Source: Eledone cirrhosa (Eukaryota). Taken from it: a DNA stretch of 64,000 nucleotides. A program made the translations under genes and the position numbers. This document shows positions 40,450 through 53,075 of this stretch, one piece after another. Where the stretch lies: contig OZ024753.1 of assembly GCA_964016885.1 (NCBI GenBank), positions 24,118,001-24,182,000 of the forward strand, in the 5' to 3' direction. Under the pieces are notes generated by a model. It was given only the letters and a program-made list of their open reading frames with translations, was not told where the DNA came from and made no database searches. How positions within the stretch are numbered: the stretch's first letter is position 1; every line of letters starts with the position of its first letter.

Positions 40450-43400
40450 TATGTCTGTGTTTTGTGTATTGTAATATATGTTGTTATATCTGTGGTGTTG
40501 TGTGTATTTTAATGTTTGTTGTTATGTCCGTGTTGTGTTGTATGTATTTTAATGTCTGTTGTTATGTCTGTGTTGTGTTGTGTGTATTGTAATGTCTGTT
40601 GTTATGTATCTGTTGTGTGTATGGTGATGTATGTTTTTATGTCTGTGTTGTGTTGTGTGTATTGTAATGTTTCTCGTTATGTCTGTGTTAAGTTGGGTGT
40701 ATTGTGATGTGTATTGTTATGTCTGTGTTTTATGTATTGTAATGTCTGTTGTTATATCTGTTTGGTGATGTGTGTATTGTAATGTCTGTTGTTATGTCCG
40801 TGTTGTGTTGTATGAATTTTAATGTCTGTTGTTATGTCTGTGTTGTGTTGTGTGTATTGTAATGTCTGTTGTTATGTCTGTGTTGTGTGTATTGTAATGT
40901 CTGTTGTTATGTTTGTGTTTTGTTTTATGTATTCTAATGTATGTTGTTAAGTCTGTGTTGAGTTCTATGAATTGTAATGTTTGTTGTTATCTCTATGTTA
41001 TGTTGTGTGTATTGTATTGTATGATATGATGTCTGTGTTTTATGTATTGTAATGTCTGTTGTTATGTTTCTGTTATATTTATTGTAATGCCTGTTGTTAT
41101 ATCTGTTTCGTGTTGTGTGTATTTTAATGTCAGTTCTTATTTGCTGTGTTGTATGTATTGTAATCTCTGTTTTTATGTGTGTTGGTTTGTGTGTATTGTA
41201 ATGTCTGTTGTTGTGTGTGTATTGTAATGTCCGTTGATATATATGCGCTGTGTTGTGTTTATCGTAATGTCTATTGTTATGTCTGTGTTGTATTGTGTGT
41301 ATTTTAATGTCTATTGTGATGTCTGTGTTGTTTTGTGTGTATTGTAATGTCTTGTGTTATGTGTGTGTTATGTTGTGTATTGTAATATATGTTGTTATGT
41401 CTGTGTTTTATGTATTGTAATGTCTGTTATAATGTCTGCGTTGTATGTATTGTAATGTCTTTTGTTATATCTGTGTTGTGTTGTGTGTATTTTAATGTTT
41501 GTTATTATGCCTATGTTGTGTTGTGTGTAGTGTAATGACTGTTGTCATGTCTCTGTTCTGTTGTGTGTATTGTAATGTCTGTTGTTATGTCTATGTTGTG
41601 TGTATTGTAATGTCTGTTTTGTGTGTATTGTAATGTCTGTGTTGTGTTGTGTATATCGTAATGTCTGTGGTATTGTCTGTGTTGTGTGAATGGTAATGTA
41701 TGTTGTTATGTCTGTGTTGTGTTTATTGTAATGTCTGTGGTTATGTCTGTGTTGTGCTGTATGTATTGTAATGTCTGTTGTTATGTCTGGGTAGTGTGAA
41801 TTATAATGTCTGTTGCCATGTCTGTTTTGTATGTATTGTAATGTCTGTGTTGTGTTTTGTGTATTGTAATGTCCGTTGTATTGTCTGTGTTGTATGCAAT
41901 GTAATGTCTGTTGTTATGTCTGTGTTGTGTCGTTTGTATTGTAATGTCTGTTGTTATGTCTGTATTGTGTGTATTGTAATGTCGGTTGTTATGTTTGTGT
42001 TGTATTGTGTGTATTGCAATGTCTTTTGTTATGTCTGTGTTGTGCGTATTTTAATGTCTGTTGTTATGTCTGTGATGTGTGTATTGTAATGGCTGTTGTT
42101 ATGTCTGTGTTGTGCGTATTGTAATGTATGTGGTTATGTCTGTGTTGCGTTGTTTATATGTTAATGTCTGTTGTTATGTCTGTGTTGGGTTGTATGTATT
42201 GTAATCTCTGTTGTTATATCTGTGTGGTGTTGTGTGTATTTTAATGTTTGTTGTAATGTCCGTGTTGTGTTGTATGTATTTTAATGTCTGTTGTTATGTC
42301 TTTGTTGTGTTGTGTGTATTGTAATGTCTGTTGTTATGTATGTGTTGTGTGTATGGTAATGTATGTTGTTATATCTGTGTTGTGTTGTGTGTATTGTAAT
42401 GTCTGTCTTTATGTCTGTGTTGAGTTGTGTGTATTGTGATGTAGGTTGTTATGTCTGTGTTTTATGTATTGTAATGTCTGTTGTTATATCTGTGTGGTGT
42501 TGTGTGTATTGTAATGTCTGTTGTTAAGTCTGTGTGATGTTGTTTGTATTTTATTGTCTGTTGTTATGTCCGTGTTGTGTTGTGTGTATCGTAATGTCTG
42601 TTGTTGTGTCTGTGTTGTGTGTATTGTAATGTCTGTTGTTATGTCTGTGTTTTGTTGTATGTATTATAATGTATGTTGTTAAGTCTGTGTTGTGTTCTAT
42701 GAATTGTAATGTCTGTTGTTATGTCTACGTTATGTTGTGTGTATTGTAATGTATGTTATGATGTCTATGTTTTATGTATTGTAATGTTTGTTGTTATGTT
42801 TGTGTTATATTTATTGTAATGCCTGTTGTTATATCTGTGTCGTGTTGTGTCTATCTGAAAGCCAGTTCTAATGTCGCTGTTGTGTTGTATGTATTGTAAT
42901 GTCTGTTTTTATGTCTGTGTTGGTTTGTGTGTATTGTAATGTCTGTTGTTATGTGTGTTTTGTGTTGTGTGTATTGTAATGTCCGTTGTTATATATGTGT
43001 TGTGTTGTGTGTATTGTAATGTATATTGGTATGTCTGTGTTGTATTGCGTGTATTGTAATGTCTGTTGTTATGTCTGTGTTGTGTGTATTGTAATGTATG
43101 TTCGTATGTCTCTGTTGTGTTGTATGTATTGTAATGTCTGTTTTTATGTCTGTGTATTTTTGTGTGTATTGTAATGTCTTGTGTTATGTGTGTTTTGTTG
43201 TATGTATTGTAATGTCTGTTGTTATGTCTGTGTTGTGTGTATTGTAATGTATGTTGTTATGTCTGTGTTTTATGTATTGTAATGTCTGTTATAATGTCTG
43301 TGTTGTATGCATTGTAATGTCTGTTGTTATATCTGTGTTGTGTGTATTTTAATGTTTGTTATTATGCCTGTGTTGTGTTGTGTGTAGTGTCATGTCTGTT

Positions 43401-44130
43401 GTCATGTCTCTGTTCTGTTGTGTGTATTGTAATGTCTGTTGTTATGTCTGTGTTGTTTGTAGTGTGATGTCTGTTATTATGTCTGTGTTGTGTTTTATGT
43501 ATTGTAATGTCTGTTGTTATGTCTGGGTTGTGTGTATTGTAATGTCTGTGTCTGTTTTGTGTGTATTGTAATGTCTGTGTTGTGTTTTGTGAATTGTAAT
43601 GTCTTTTGTATTGTCTGTGTTGTGTGAATGGTAATGTCTGTTGTTATGTCTGTGTTGTGTGTATTGTAATTTCTGTGGTTATGTCTGTGTTGTGCTGTAT
43701 GTATTGTAATGTATGTGTTGTGTGTTGTGTATTGTAATGTCTGCTGTATTGTCTATGTTGTATGTAATGTAATGTCTGTTGTTATGTCTGTGTTGTGTCG
43801 TATGTAGTGTAATGTCTGTTGTTATGTCTGCGTTGTGTGTATTGTAATGGCTGTTGTTATGTCTGTATCCTGTGTATTGTAATGTCGGTTGTTATGTTTG
43901 TGTTGTGTTTGTGTATTGCAATGTCTTTTGTTATGTATGTGTTGTGCGTATTTTAATATCTGTGTTGTGCGTATTTTAATGTCTGCTGTTATGTCTGTGA
44001 TGTGTGTATTGTAATGGCTGTTGTTATGTCTGTGTTGTGCGTATTGTAATGTATGTGGTTATGTCTGTGTTGCGTTGGTTATCTGTTAATGTCTGTTGTT
44101 ATGTCTGTGTTGGGTTGTATGTATTGTAAT
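40450..44130. repeat. Older, diverged ~1.75-1.95-kb tandem duplication
   Basis: Collinear shared variants: TTCTATGAATTGTAATG (~40963/42695), GTTATAATGTCTG (~41427/43288), GTGTGAATGGTAATG (~41684/43622) and GTGCGTATTGTAATGTATGTGGTTATG (~42112/44037). The offset drifts through indels. Confidence 0.7.
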
Positions 44131-44535
44131 CTCTGTTGTTACATCTGTGTTGTGTTGTATGTATTGTAATGTCTGTTGTCATATCTGTGTTGTGCGTCTT
44201 GTAATGTCTGTTGTTATATTTGTGTTGTGTTGTGTGTATTGTAATCTCTGTTGCTATGTATGTGTTGTGCTGTATGCACTGTAATGTCTGTTGTTATGTC
44301 TGTGTTATGTTGTATGTAGTATAATGTCTGTTGTTATGTGAGTGTTTTGTGTATTGTAAATTCTGGGGTTATGTCTGTGTTGTGTTGTATGTATTGTAAT
44401 GTCTGTTGTTATGTCTTTGTTGTGTGTATTTTTATGTCTGTTGTTATAACTGTGTTGTGTGTATTGTAATTACTGTTATCTCTGTGTTTTGTTCTATGTA
44501 TTGGAATGTATGTTGTTATGTCTGTGTTATGTTCT

Positions 44536-44890
44536 GTGTATTGTGATGTATGTTATAATGTATGTGTTGTATGTATTGTAATGTATGTTGTTATTTCTGT
44601 GTTGTTTTGTGTGTATTGTATTGTCTATTGTTATGTCTGTGTTGTGTGTATTGTAATGTCTGTTGTCATGTCTGTTTTGTGTGTATTGTAATGTCTGTGT
44701 TGTGTTTTGTGTATTGTGATGTATGTTATAATGTATGTGTTGTATGTATTGTAATGTATGTTGTTATTTCTGTGTTGTTTTGTGTGTATTGTATTGTCTA
44801 TTGTTATGTCTGTGTTGTGTGTATTGTAATGTCTGTTGTCATGTCTGTTTTGTGTGTATTGTAATGTCTGTGTTGTGTTTTGTGTATTGT
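44536..44890. repeat. 173-bp tandem duplication
   Basis: GTGATGTATGTTATAATGTATG occurs twice. ORFs 44562 and 44735 begin with the same peptide at +173. Confidence 0.88.
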
Positions 44891-47389
44891 AATGATTGTT
44901 GTATTGTCTGTGTTGTGTGAATGGGAATGTCTGTTGTTATGTATGTGTTGTGTGTATCGTAATGTCTGTGGTTATGTCTGGGTGGTGTGTATTGTAATGT
45001 CTGTTGTCATGTCTGTTTTGTATGTATTGTAATGTCTGTGATGTGTGTTGTGTATTGTAATGTCTGTTGTATTGTCTGTGTTGTATGTAATGTAATGTAT
45101 GTTGTTATGTCTATGTTGTGTCGTATGTATTGTAATGTCTGTTGTTATGTCTGCGTTGTGTGTATTGTAATGTCTGTTGTTATGTCTGTGTTGTGAGTTT
45201 TGTAATTACTCTTGTTATGTCTGTGTTGTGTTCTATGTATTGTAATGTCTGTTCTTATATCTGTGTTATGTTGTGTGTATTGTAATGTATGTTGTTATGT
45301 CTGTGTTGTATGTATTGTAATGTCTGTTGTTATGTCTGTGTTGGGTTGTGTGTATTGTAATATCTGTTGTTATGTCTGTTTTGTGTCGTGTGTATTGTAA
45401 TGTATGTTGTTCTTTTTGTGTTGTGTTGTGTGTATTGTAATTTCTACTGTTATATCTGTGTTGTGTTGTATGTACAGTAATGTTGCTATGTCTGTATTGT
45501 GTGTATTGTAATGTCGGTTGTTATGTTTGTGTTGTTGTGTGTGTATTGCAATGTCTGTTGTTATTTTTCTGTTGTGCGTATTTTAACGTCTGTTTATATG
45601 TCTATTTTGTGTTGTGTGTATTGTAATGTCTGTACTTATGTCTTTTGTGTTGTTTGTATTGTAATGTCTGTTGTTATGTCTGTGTTGTGTGTATTGTAAT
45701 ATATGTTGTTATGTCTGTGTTGTGTGTACTCTAATGTATGTTGTTATGTCTGTGTTGTGTTGTATGAACTGAAATGTCTGTTGTTATGTCTGTTGTTATG
45801 TCTGTGTTGTGTGTATTGTAATGTCTAATGTTATGTCTGTTTTGTGTTGGGTGTATTGTAATGTCTGTTGTTATATCTGTGTTGTGTTGTGTGTATTGTA
45901 ATGTCTATTGTTATGACTGTATTGAGTTGCGTGTATTGTAATCTCTTATGCTATGTATTTGTGTTGTAGGTACTGTAATGTCTGGTGTTATGTATGTGTT
46001 GTATGTAGTGTAATATCTGTTGTTATGTCTGTGTTGTGTGTATTGTAGTGTATGTTGTTATGTCTATGTTGAGTGTATTGTAATGTATGTTGTCATATCT
46101 GTGTTGGCTTGTGTGTATTGTAATGTCTGTTGTTATGTCTATTTTTTTGTTTTATGTATTGTAATGTCTGTTGTTATGTCTCTGTTGTGTTGTGTTGTGT
46201 TTATTGAAATGGCTGTTGTTATGTCTGTGTTGTGTTGTGTGTATTGTAATGTCTGTAGTTATGTCTGTGTTGTGTGTATTGTAATGTTTTGTTATATCTG
46301 TGTTTTTTTGTATATATGGTAATGTCTGTTGTTATGTCTGCGTTGTGTTGTATGTATTGTAATGTCTGTTGTTACGTCTTTGTTGTGTTGTATGTATTGT
46401 AATGTCTGTTGTTATATCTGTGTGGTGCTGTGTATTTTAATGTCTGTTGTTACGTCTGTGTTGTGTGTATTGTAATGATTGTTGGTATGTCTGTGTTTTA
46501 TGTATTGTAATGTCTGTTGTTATGTCTGTGTTGTGTTGTGTGTATTGTAATTTCTGTTGTTATGTCTGCGTTGTGTTGTATGTACTGATATGTCTGTTGT
46601 TATGCCTGTTGTTATGTGTGTGTTGTGTGTATTGTCATGTCTGTTGTTATGTCTTTGTATTGTTGCATATATACTTACGTCTCTTGTTATGTTTGTGTTG
46701 TGTTCTATGTATATTAATGTCTGTTGTTATGTCTGTGTTATGTTGTGTGTATTGTAATGCCTGGTGTTATGTCTGTGTTGAGTGTATTGTAATGTCTGTT
46801 GTTATATTTGTGTTGTGTTGTGTGTATTGTAATATCTATTGTTATATCTGTGTTGTGTTGTGTGTATTGTAATCTATGTTGCTATGTATGTGTTTTGCTG
46901 TATATACTGTAATGTCTGTTGTTATGTCTGTGTTGTGTTGTATGTAGTATAATGTCTGTTGTTATGTCAGTGTTGTGTGTATTGTAATGTCTGTTGTTAT
47001 GTCTGTATTGTGTGTATTGTAATGTCGGTTGTTATGTTTGTGTTGTGTTGTGTGTATTGCAATGTCTGTTGTTATGTCTGTGTTGTGCGTATTTTAATGT
47101 CTGTTGTTATGTCTGTGTTGTGTCCTATGTATTGTAATATCAGTTCCTATGTCTGTTGTGTTGTTTGTATTGTAATGTCTGTTGTTATGTCTATGGTGTG
47201 TGTATTGTAATGTCTGTTGTTATGTCTGTGTTGCGTTGTGTGTATTGTAATGTATGTTGTTATGTCTGTTTTGTGGTGTGTGTATTGTAATGTCTGTTCT
47301 TATGGATGTGTTGTATATATTGTAATGTATGTTGTTATGTCTGTGTTGTGTTGTATGTACTGTAACGTGCGTTGTTATGTTTGTGTTGT

Positions 47390-47925
47390 GTGTATTGTAA
47401 TGCCTGTTGTTATGTCTGTCTTGGGTTTTGTTTATTGTAATGTCTATTGTTATGTCTGTTTTGTGTTGTGTGTATTGTAATGTCTTGTGTTATATCTGTG
47501 TTGTTTTGTGTGTATTGTAATGTCTATTGTTATGTCTGTGTTGTGTTGTGTGTATTGTAATCTCTGATGCTATGTATGTGTTGTGTTGTATGTACTGTAA
47601 TATCTGGTGTTATGGCTGTGTATTGTTGTATGTATTCTTGTGTGTGTGGTTATGTCTGTGTTGTGTTCTATGTATTGTAATGTATGTTGTTATGTCTGTG
47701 TTGTATGTATTGTAATGCCTGTTGTTATGTCTGTCTTGGGTTTTGTTTATTGTAATGTCTATTGTTATGTCTGTTTTGTGTTGTGTGTATTGTAATGTCT
47801 TGTGTTATATCTGTGTTGTTTTGTGTGTATTGTAATGTCTATTGTTATGTCTGTGTTGTGTTGTGTGTATTGTAATCTCTGATGCTATGTATGTGTTGTG
47901 TTGTATGTACTGTAATGACTGGTGT
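47390..47925. repeat. Local duplication at a 315-bp offset
   Basis: TGCCTGTTGTTATGTCTGTCTTGGGTTTTG (47401/47716) and TCTCTGATGCTATG (47561/47876) are both offset by 315 bp. Confidence 0.85.
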
Positions 47926-50449
47926 TATGTCTGTGTTGTGTTTATTGAAATGTCTGTTGTTATGTCTCAGTTGTGTGTAATGTAATGTTTTGTTATGTCT
48001 GATTTGTGTTGTGTGTATTGTAATGTCTGTTGTTATATCTGTGTTGTGTGTATTGTAATGTCTGTTGTTATGTCTTTGTTGTGTTGTGTGTATTGTAATG
48101 TTTGTTGTGATGTCTGTTTTGTGTGTATTGTAATGTCTGTTGTTATGTCTGTGTTGTGTTGTGTGTATTGTAATGTATGTTGTTATGTCTGTGTTGTGTT
48201 TTATGTACTGTAATGTCTGTTGTTATGTCTGTTGTTATTTCTGTTGTTATGTCTGTGTTTTGTGTATTGTAATGTCTGTTGTTATGGCTGTGTATTGTTG
48301 TATGTATTATTATGTCTGTTGTTATGACTGTGTAGTGTTCTATGTACTGTAATGTATGTTGTTATGTCTGTGTTGTATGAATCGTAATGTCTGTTGTTAT
48401 ATCTGTGTTGGGTTGTGTGTATTTTAATGTCTATTGTTATGTATGTTTTCTGTTGTGTGTATTGTAATGTCTGTTGTTATGTCTGTCTTGGGTTGTGTGT
48501 ATTGTAATGTCTATTGTTATGTCTGTTTTGTGTTGTGTGTATTGTAATGTCTGTTGTTATATCTATTTTGTTTTGTGTGTATTGTAATGTCTATTGTTAT
48601 GTATGTGTTGTGTTGTGTGTATTGTAATCTCTGTTGCTATGTATGTGTTGTGTTGTATCTACTGTAATGTCTGGTGATATGTCTGTGTTGTGTTGTATGT
48701 AGTGTAATGTCTGTTGTTATGTCTGTGTTGTGTGTATTGTAATGTCTGTTATGTTTGTATTGTGTGTATTGTAATGTCTGTTGTTATGCCTGTGTTGTGT
48801 GTATTGCAATGTCTCTTGTTATGTCTGTGTTGTGTGTATTTTAATGTCTGTTGTTACGTCTCTGTTATGCGTATTGTAATATATATTGTTATGTCTGTGT
48901 TTTGTTGTATGTATTGTAATGTCTGTTGTTGTCTCTGTTGAGTTGTGTTGTATTTATTGAAATGTCTTTTGTTATGTCTGTGTTTTGTGTATTGTAATGT
49001 CTTTTTATGTCTGTGTTGTGTGTAATGTAATGTATGTTGTTATGTCTGTGTTGTGTGTATTGTAATGATTGTAATGTCTGTGTTGTGTTGTGTATTGTAA
49101 TGTCTGTTATTATGTCTGTGTTTTATTGTGTCTATTGTAAAATCTCTAGTTATGTCTGTGTTGTGTTGTCTGTATTGTAATGTATGTGGTTATGCCTGTG
49201 TTGCGTTGTATAAATGGTAATGTCTGTGTTGTGTTGTATGTATTGTAATGTCTGTTGTTACGTCTGTGTTGTGTTGTATGTATTGTAATGTCTGTTGTAT
49301 TGTCTGTGTTGTGTGTATGGTAATGTCTGTTGTTACTCTGTTGTGTGGTATGTATTGTCATCTCTGTCGTTATGCTTGTGTTGTGTTGTGTGTATTGTAA
49401 TGTCTGTTGTTATGTCGGTATTGTGTGTATTGTAATGTCTGTGGTTATGTCTGTGTTGTGTTGTGTGTATTGTAATGTCTGTTGTTACGTCTATGTTTTG
49501 TATATGGTAATGTCTTTTGTTATGCCTGTGTTGTGTGTATCGTAATGTCTGTGGTTATGTCTGTGTTTTGTTGTGTGTACTGTAATGTATGTTGTTATAT
49601 CTGTGTTTTATGTATTGTAATGTCGATTGTTTTATCTCTTGGGCGTTGTGTGTATTGTAAAGTCTGTTGTTAAGTCTGTGTTGTGTTGTATGTATTGTAA
49701 TGTCTGTTATTATATATGTATGGTGTTTTGTGTATTGTAATGTCTGTTGTTATGTCTGTGTTGTGCGTATTGTAATGTCTGTTGTTATGCCTGTGTTGTA
49801 TGTAGTGTAATGTCTGTTGTTATGTCTGTGTTGTGTTGTATGTATTTTAATGTCTGCTGTTATGTCTGTGTTGTGTTGTGTGTATTGTAATGTCTGTTGT
49901 TATGTCTGTATTGTGTGTATTGTAATGTATGTTGGTATGTCTATGTTTTATGTATTGTGATGTCAGTTGTTATGTCTGTGTTGTATGTATTGTAATGTCT
50001 GTTGTTATATCTGTGTGGTGCTGTGTGTATTTTAATGTCTGTTGTTATGTCTCTGTTGTGTTGTGTGTATTGTAATGTCTGTTGTTATGACTGTGTTTTG
50101 TGTATTGTAATGTCTGTTGTATTGACTGTGTTGTGTGTATGGTAATGTCTGTTGTTATGTCTATGTTGTGTTGTATGTATTGTAATCTCTGTTGTTATGC
50201 CTGTGGTGTGTTGTGTGTATTGTAATGTCTGTTATTATGTCTGTGTTGTGTGTATTGTAATGTCTGTCGTTATGTCTGTGTTGTGTTGTGTGTACTGTAA
50301 TGTCTGTTGTTGTATCTGTGTTGTGATGTGTGTATTGTAATTTCTGTGGTTATGTCTGTGTTTTATGTATTGTAATGTCGGTTGTTATATCTGTTGGGTG
50401 ATGTGTGTATTGTAAAGTCTGTGTTAAGTCTGTGTTCTGTTGTATGTAT

Positions 50450-53075
50450 TGTAATGTCTGTTGTTATGTCTGTGTTGTGTTGTGTGTATTGTAATTTCTG
50501 TTGTTATGACTGTGTTATCTTGTGTGTATTGCAATGTCTATTGTTATATCTGTGTTGTGTGTAATGTATTGTATGTTGTTATGTATGTGTTGTGTGTATT
50601 GTAATGTATGTTGCTATGTCTGTGTGTTATGTATTGTGATGTCTGTTGTTATGTCTGTGTTGTATGTATTGTAATGTCTGTTGTTATGCCTGTGTTGTCT
50701 TGTATGTATTTTAATGTCTGTTGTTAAGTTTGTGTTGTGTTGTGTGTATTGTAATGTCTGTTGTTATGTATGTGTTGTGTGTATTGTAATGTCTGTGGTT
50801 ATGTCTGTGTAGTGTTGTGTGTATTTTAATTTCTGTTGTTATCTCTTCGTTGTGTTTTATGTACTGTAATGTCTTGTCTCTGTTGTATTGTATGTATTGT
50901 AATTTCAGTCGCTGTGTCTGTGTTGTATGTATTGTAATGTATGTTGTTATATCTGTGTTGTTTAGTGTGTATTGTAATGTCTGTTGTTGTCTGTGTTGTG
51001 TGTGTATTGTAATGTCTGTGTTGTGTTGTGTGTATTGTAATGTCTGTCGTTATGTCTGTATTATTTTGTGTGTATTGTAACGTCTCTTGTCATGTATGTG
51101 TTGCGTTGTGTGTATTGTAATGTCTGTTTTTATGTATGTGTTGTATATATTGAAATGTCTTTTGTTATGTCTGTGTTGTACTCAATGTAATGTCTGTTGT
51201 TATGTCTGTGTCGTATGTTTTGTAATGTATGTTGGTATGTCTGTGTTGAGTGTATTGTAATGTTTGTGGTTAGGTCTGTGTTGTATGTATTGTAATGTCT
51301 GTTGTTATGTCTCTTTTGTGTTGTGTGTATTGTAATGTATGTTGTTATGTGTGTGTTATGTTGTGTGTATTGTAATCTCTCTTGTTATGTATGTGTTGCG
51401 TTGTGTGTATTGTAATGTCTGTTGTAATGTATGTGTTGATATGTAATGTAATGTATATTGTTATGTCTGTGTTGTGTGTAATGTAATGACTGTTTTATGT
51501 CTGTGTTGTATTGTATGTTATGTAATGTCTATTGTTATGGCTGTGTTGTGCTGTGTGTATTGTAATGTCTGTTGTTAAGTCTGTGTTGTGTGCATTGTTG
51601 TGTCTGTTGTTATGTATGTGTTGTGTTGTGTGTATTGTAATATATGTTATATATGTGTTGTCTTGTATGTATTGTAATGTCCCTATTAATGTCTGTGTTG
51701 TGTTGTGTGTATTGTAATGTCTGCTGTTATGTCTGTTTTGCGTTGTTGTGTATTGTAATGTCTGTTGTTATGTCTGTGTTGTGTTGTGGATATTGTAATT
51801 TCTGTTGTTATGACTGTGTTATCTTGTGTGTATTGCAATGTCTATTGTTATATCTGTGTTGTGTGTAATGTATTGTATGTTGTTATGTATGTGTTGTGTG
51901 TATTGTAATGTATGTTGCTATGTCTGTGTGTTATGTATTGTGATGTCTGTTGTTATGTCTGTGTTGTATGTATTGTAATGTCTGTTGTTATGCCTGTGTT
52001 GTCTTGTATGTATTTTAATGTCTGTTGTTAAGTTTGTGTTGTGTTGTGTGTATTGTAATGTCTGTTGTTATGTATGTGTTGTGTGTATTGTAATGTCTGT
52101 GGTTATGTCTGTGTAGTGTTGTGTGTATTTTAATGTCTGTTGTTATCTCTGTGTTGTGTTTTATGTAATGTAATGTCTGCTGTTATGTCTCTGTTGTATT
52201 GTATGTATTGTAATTTTAGTCGCTGTGTCTGTGTTGTATGTATTGTAATGTATGTTGTTATATCTGTGTTGTTTAGTGTGTATTGTAATGTCTGTTGTTG
52301 TCTGTGTTGTGTGTATTGTAATGTCTGTCGTTATGTCTGTATTATTTTGTGTGTATTGTAACGTCTCTTGTCATGTATGTGTTGCGTTGTGTGTATTGTA
52401 ATGTCTGTTTTTATGTATGTGTTGTATATATTGAAATGTCTTTTGTTATGTCTGTGTTGTACTCAATGTAATGTCTGTTGTTATGTCTGTGTCGTATGTT
52501 TTGTAATGTATGTTGGTATGTCTGTGTTGAGTGTATTGTAATGTCTGTGGTTAGGTCTGTGTTGTATGTATTGTAATGTCTGTTGTTATGTCTCTTTTGT
52601 GTTGTGTGTATTGTAATGTATGTTGTTATGTGTGTGTTATGTTGTGTGTATTGTAATCTCTCTTGTTATGTCTGTGTTGCGTTGTGTGTATTGTAATGTC
52701 TGTTGTAATGTCTGTGTTGATATGTAATGTAATGTATGTTGTTATGTCAGTGTTGTGTGTATTGTAATGACTGTTTTATGTCTGTGTTGTATTGTATGTT
52801 ATATAATGTCTATTGTTATGGCTGTGTTGTGCTGTGTGTATTGTAATGTCTGTTGTTAAATCTGTGTTGTGTGCATTGTTGTGTCTGTTGTTATGTATGT
52901 GTTGTGTTGTGTGTATTGTAATATATGTTATATATGTGTTGTCTTGTATGTATTGTAATGTCTCTAGTAATGTCTGTGTTGTGTTGTGTGTATTGTAATG
53001 TCTGCTGTTATGTCTGTTTTGCGTTGTTGTGTATTGTAATGTCTGTTGTTATGTCTGTGTTGTGTTGTGGATATT
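50450..53075. repeat. ~1.3-kb tandem duplication
   Basis: ACTCAATG (51180/52461, +1281), ORFs 51532/52813 (+1281) and TGTGTTATCTTGTGTGTATTGCAATG (50511/51815, +1304). Small indels separate the copies. Confidence 0.9.
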
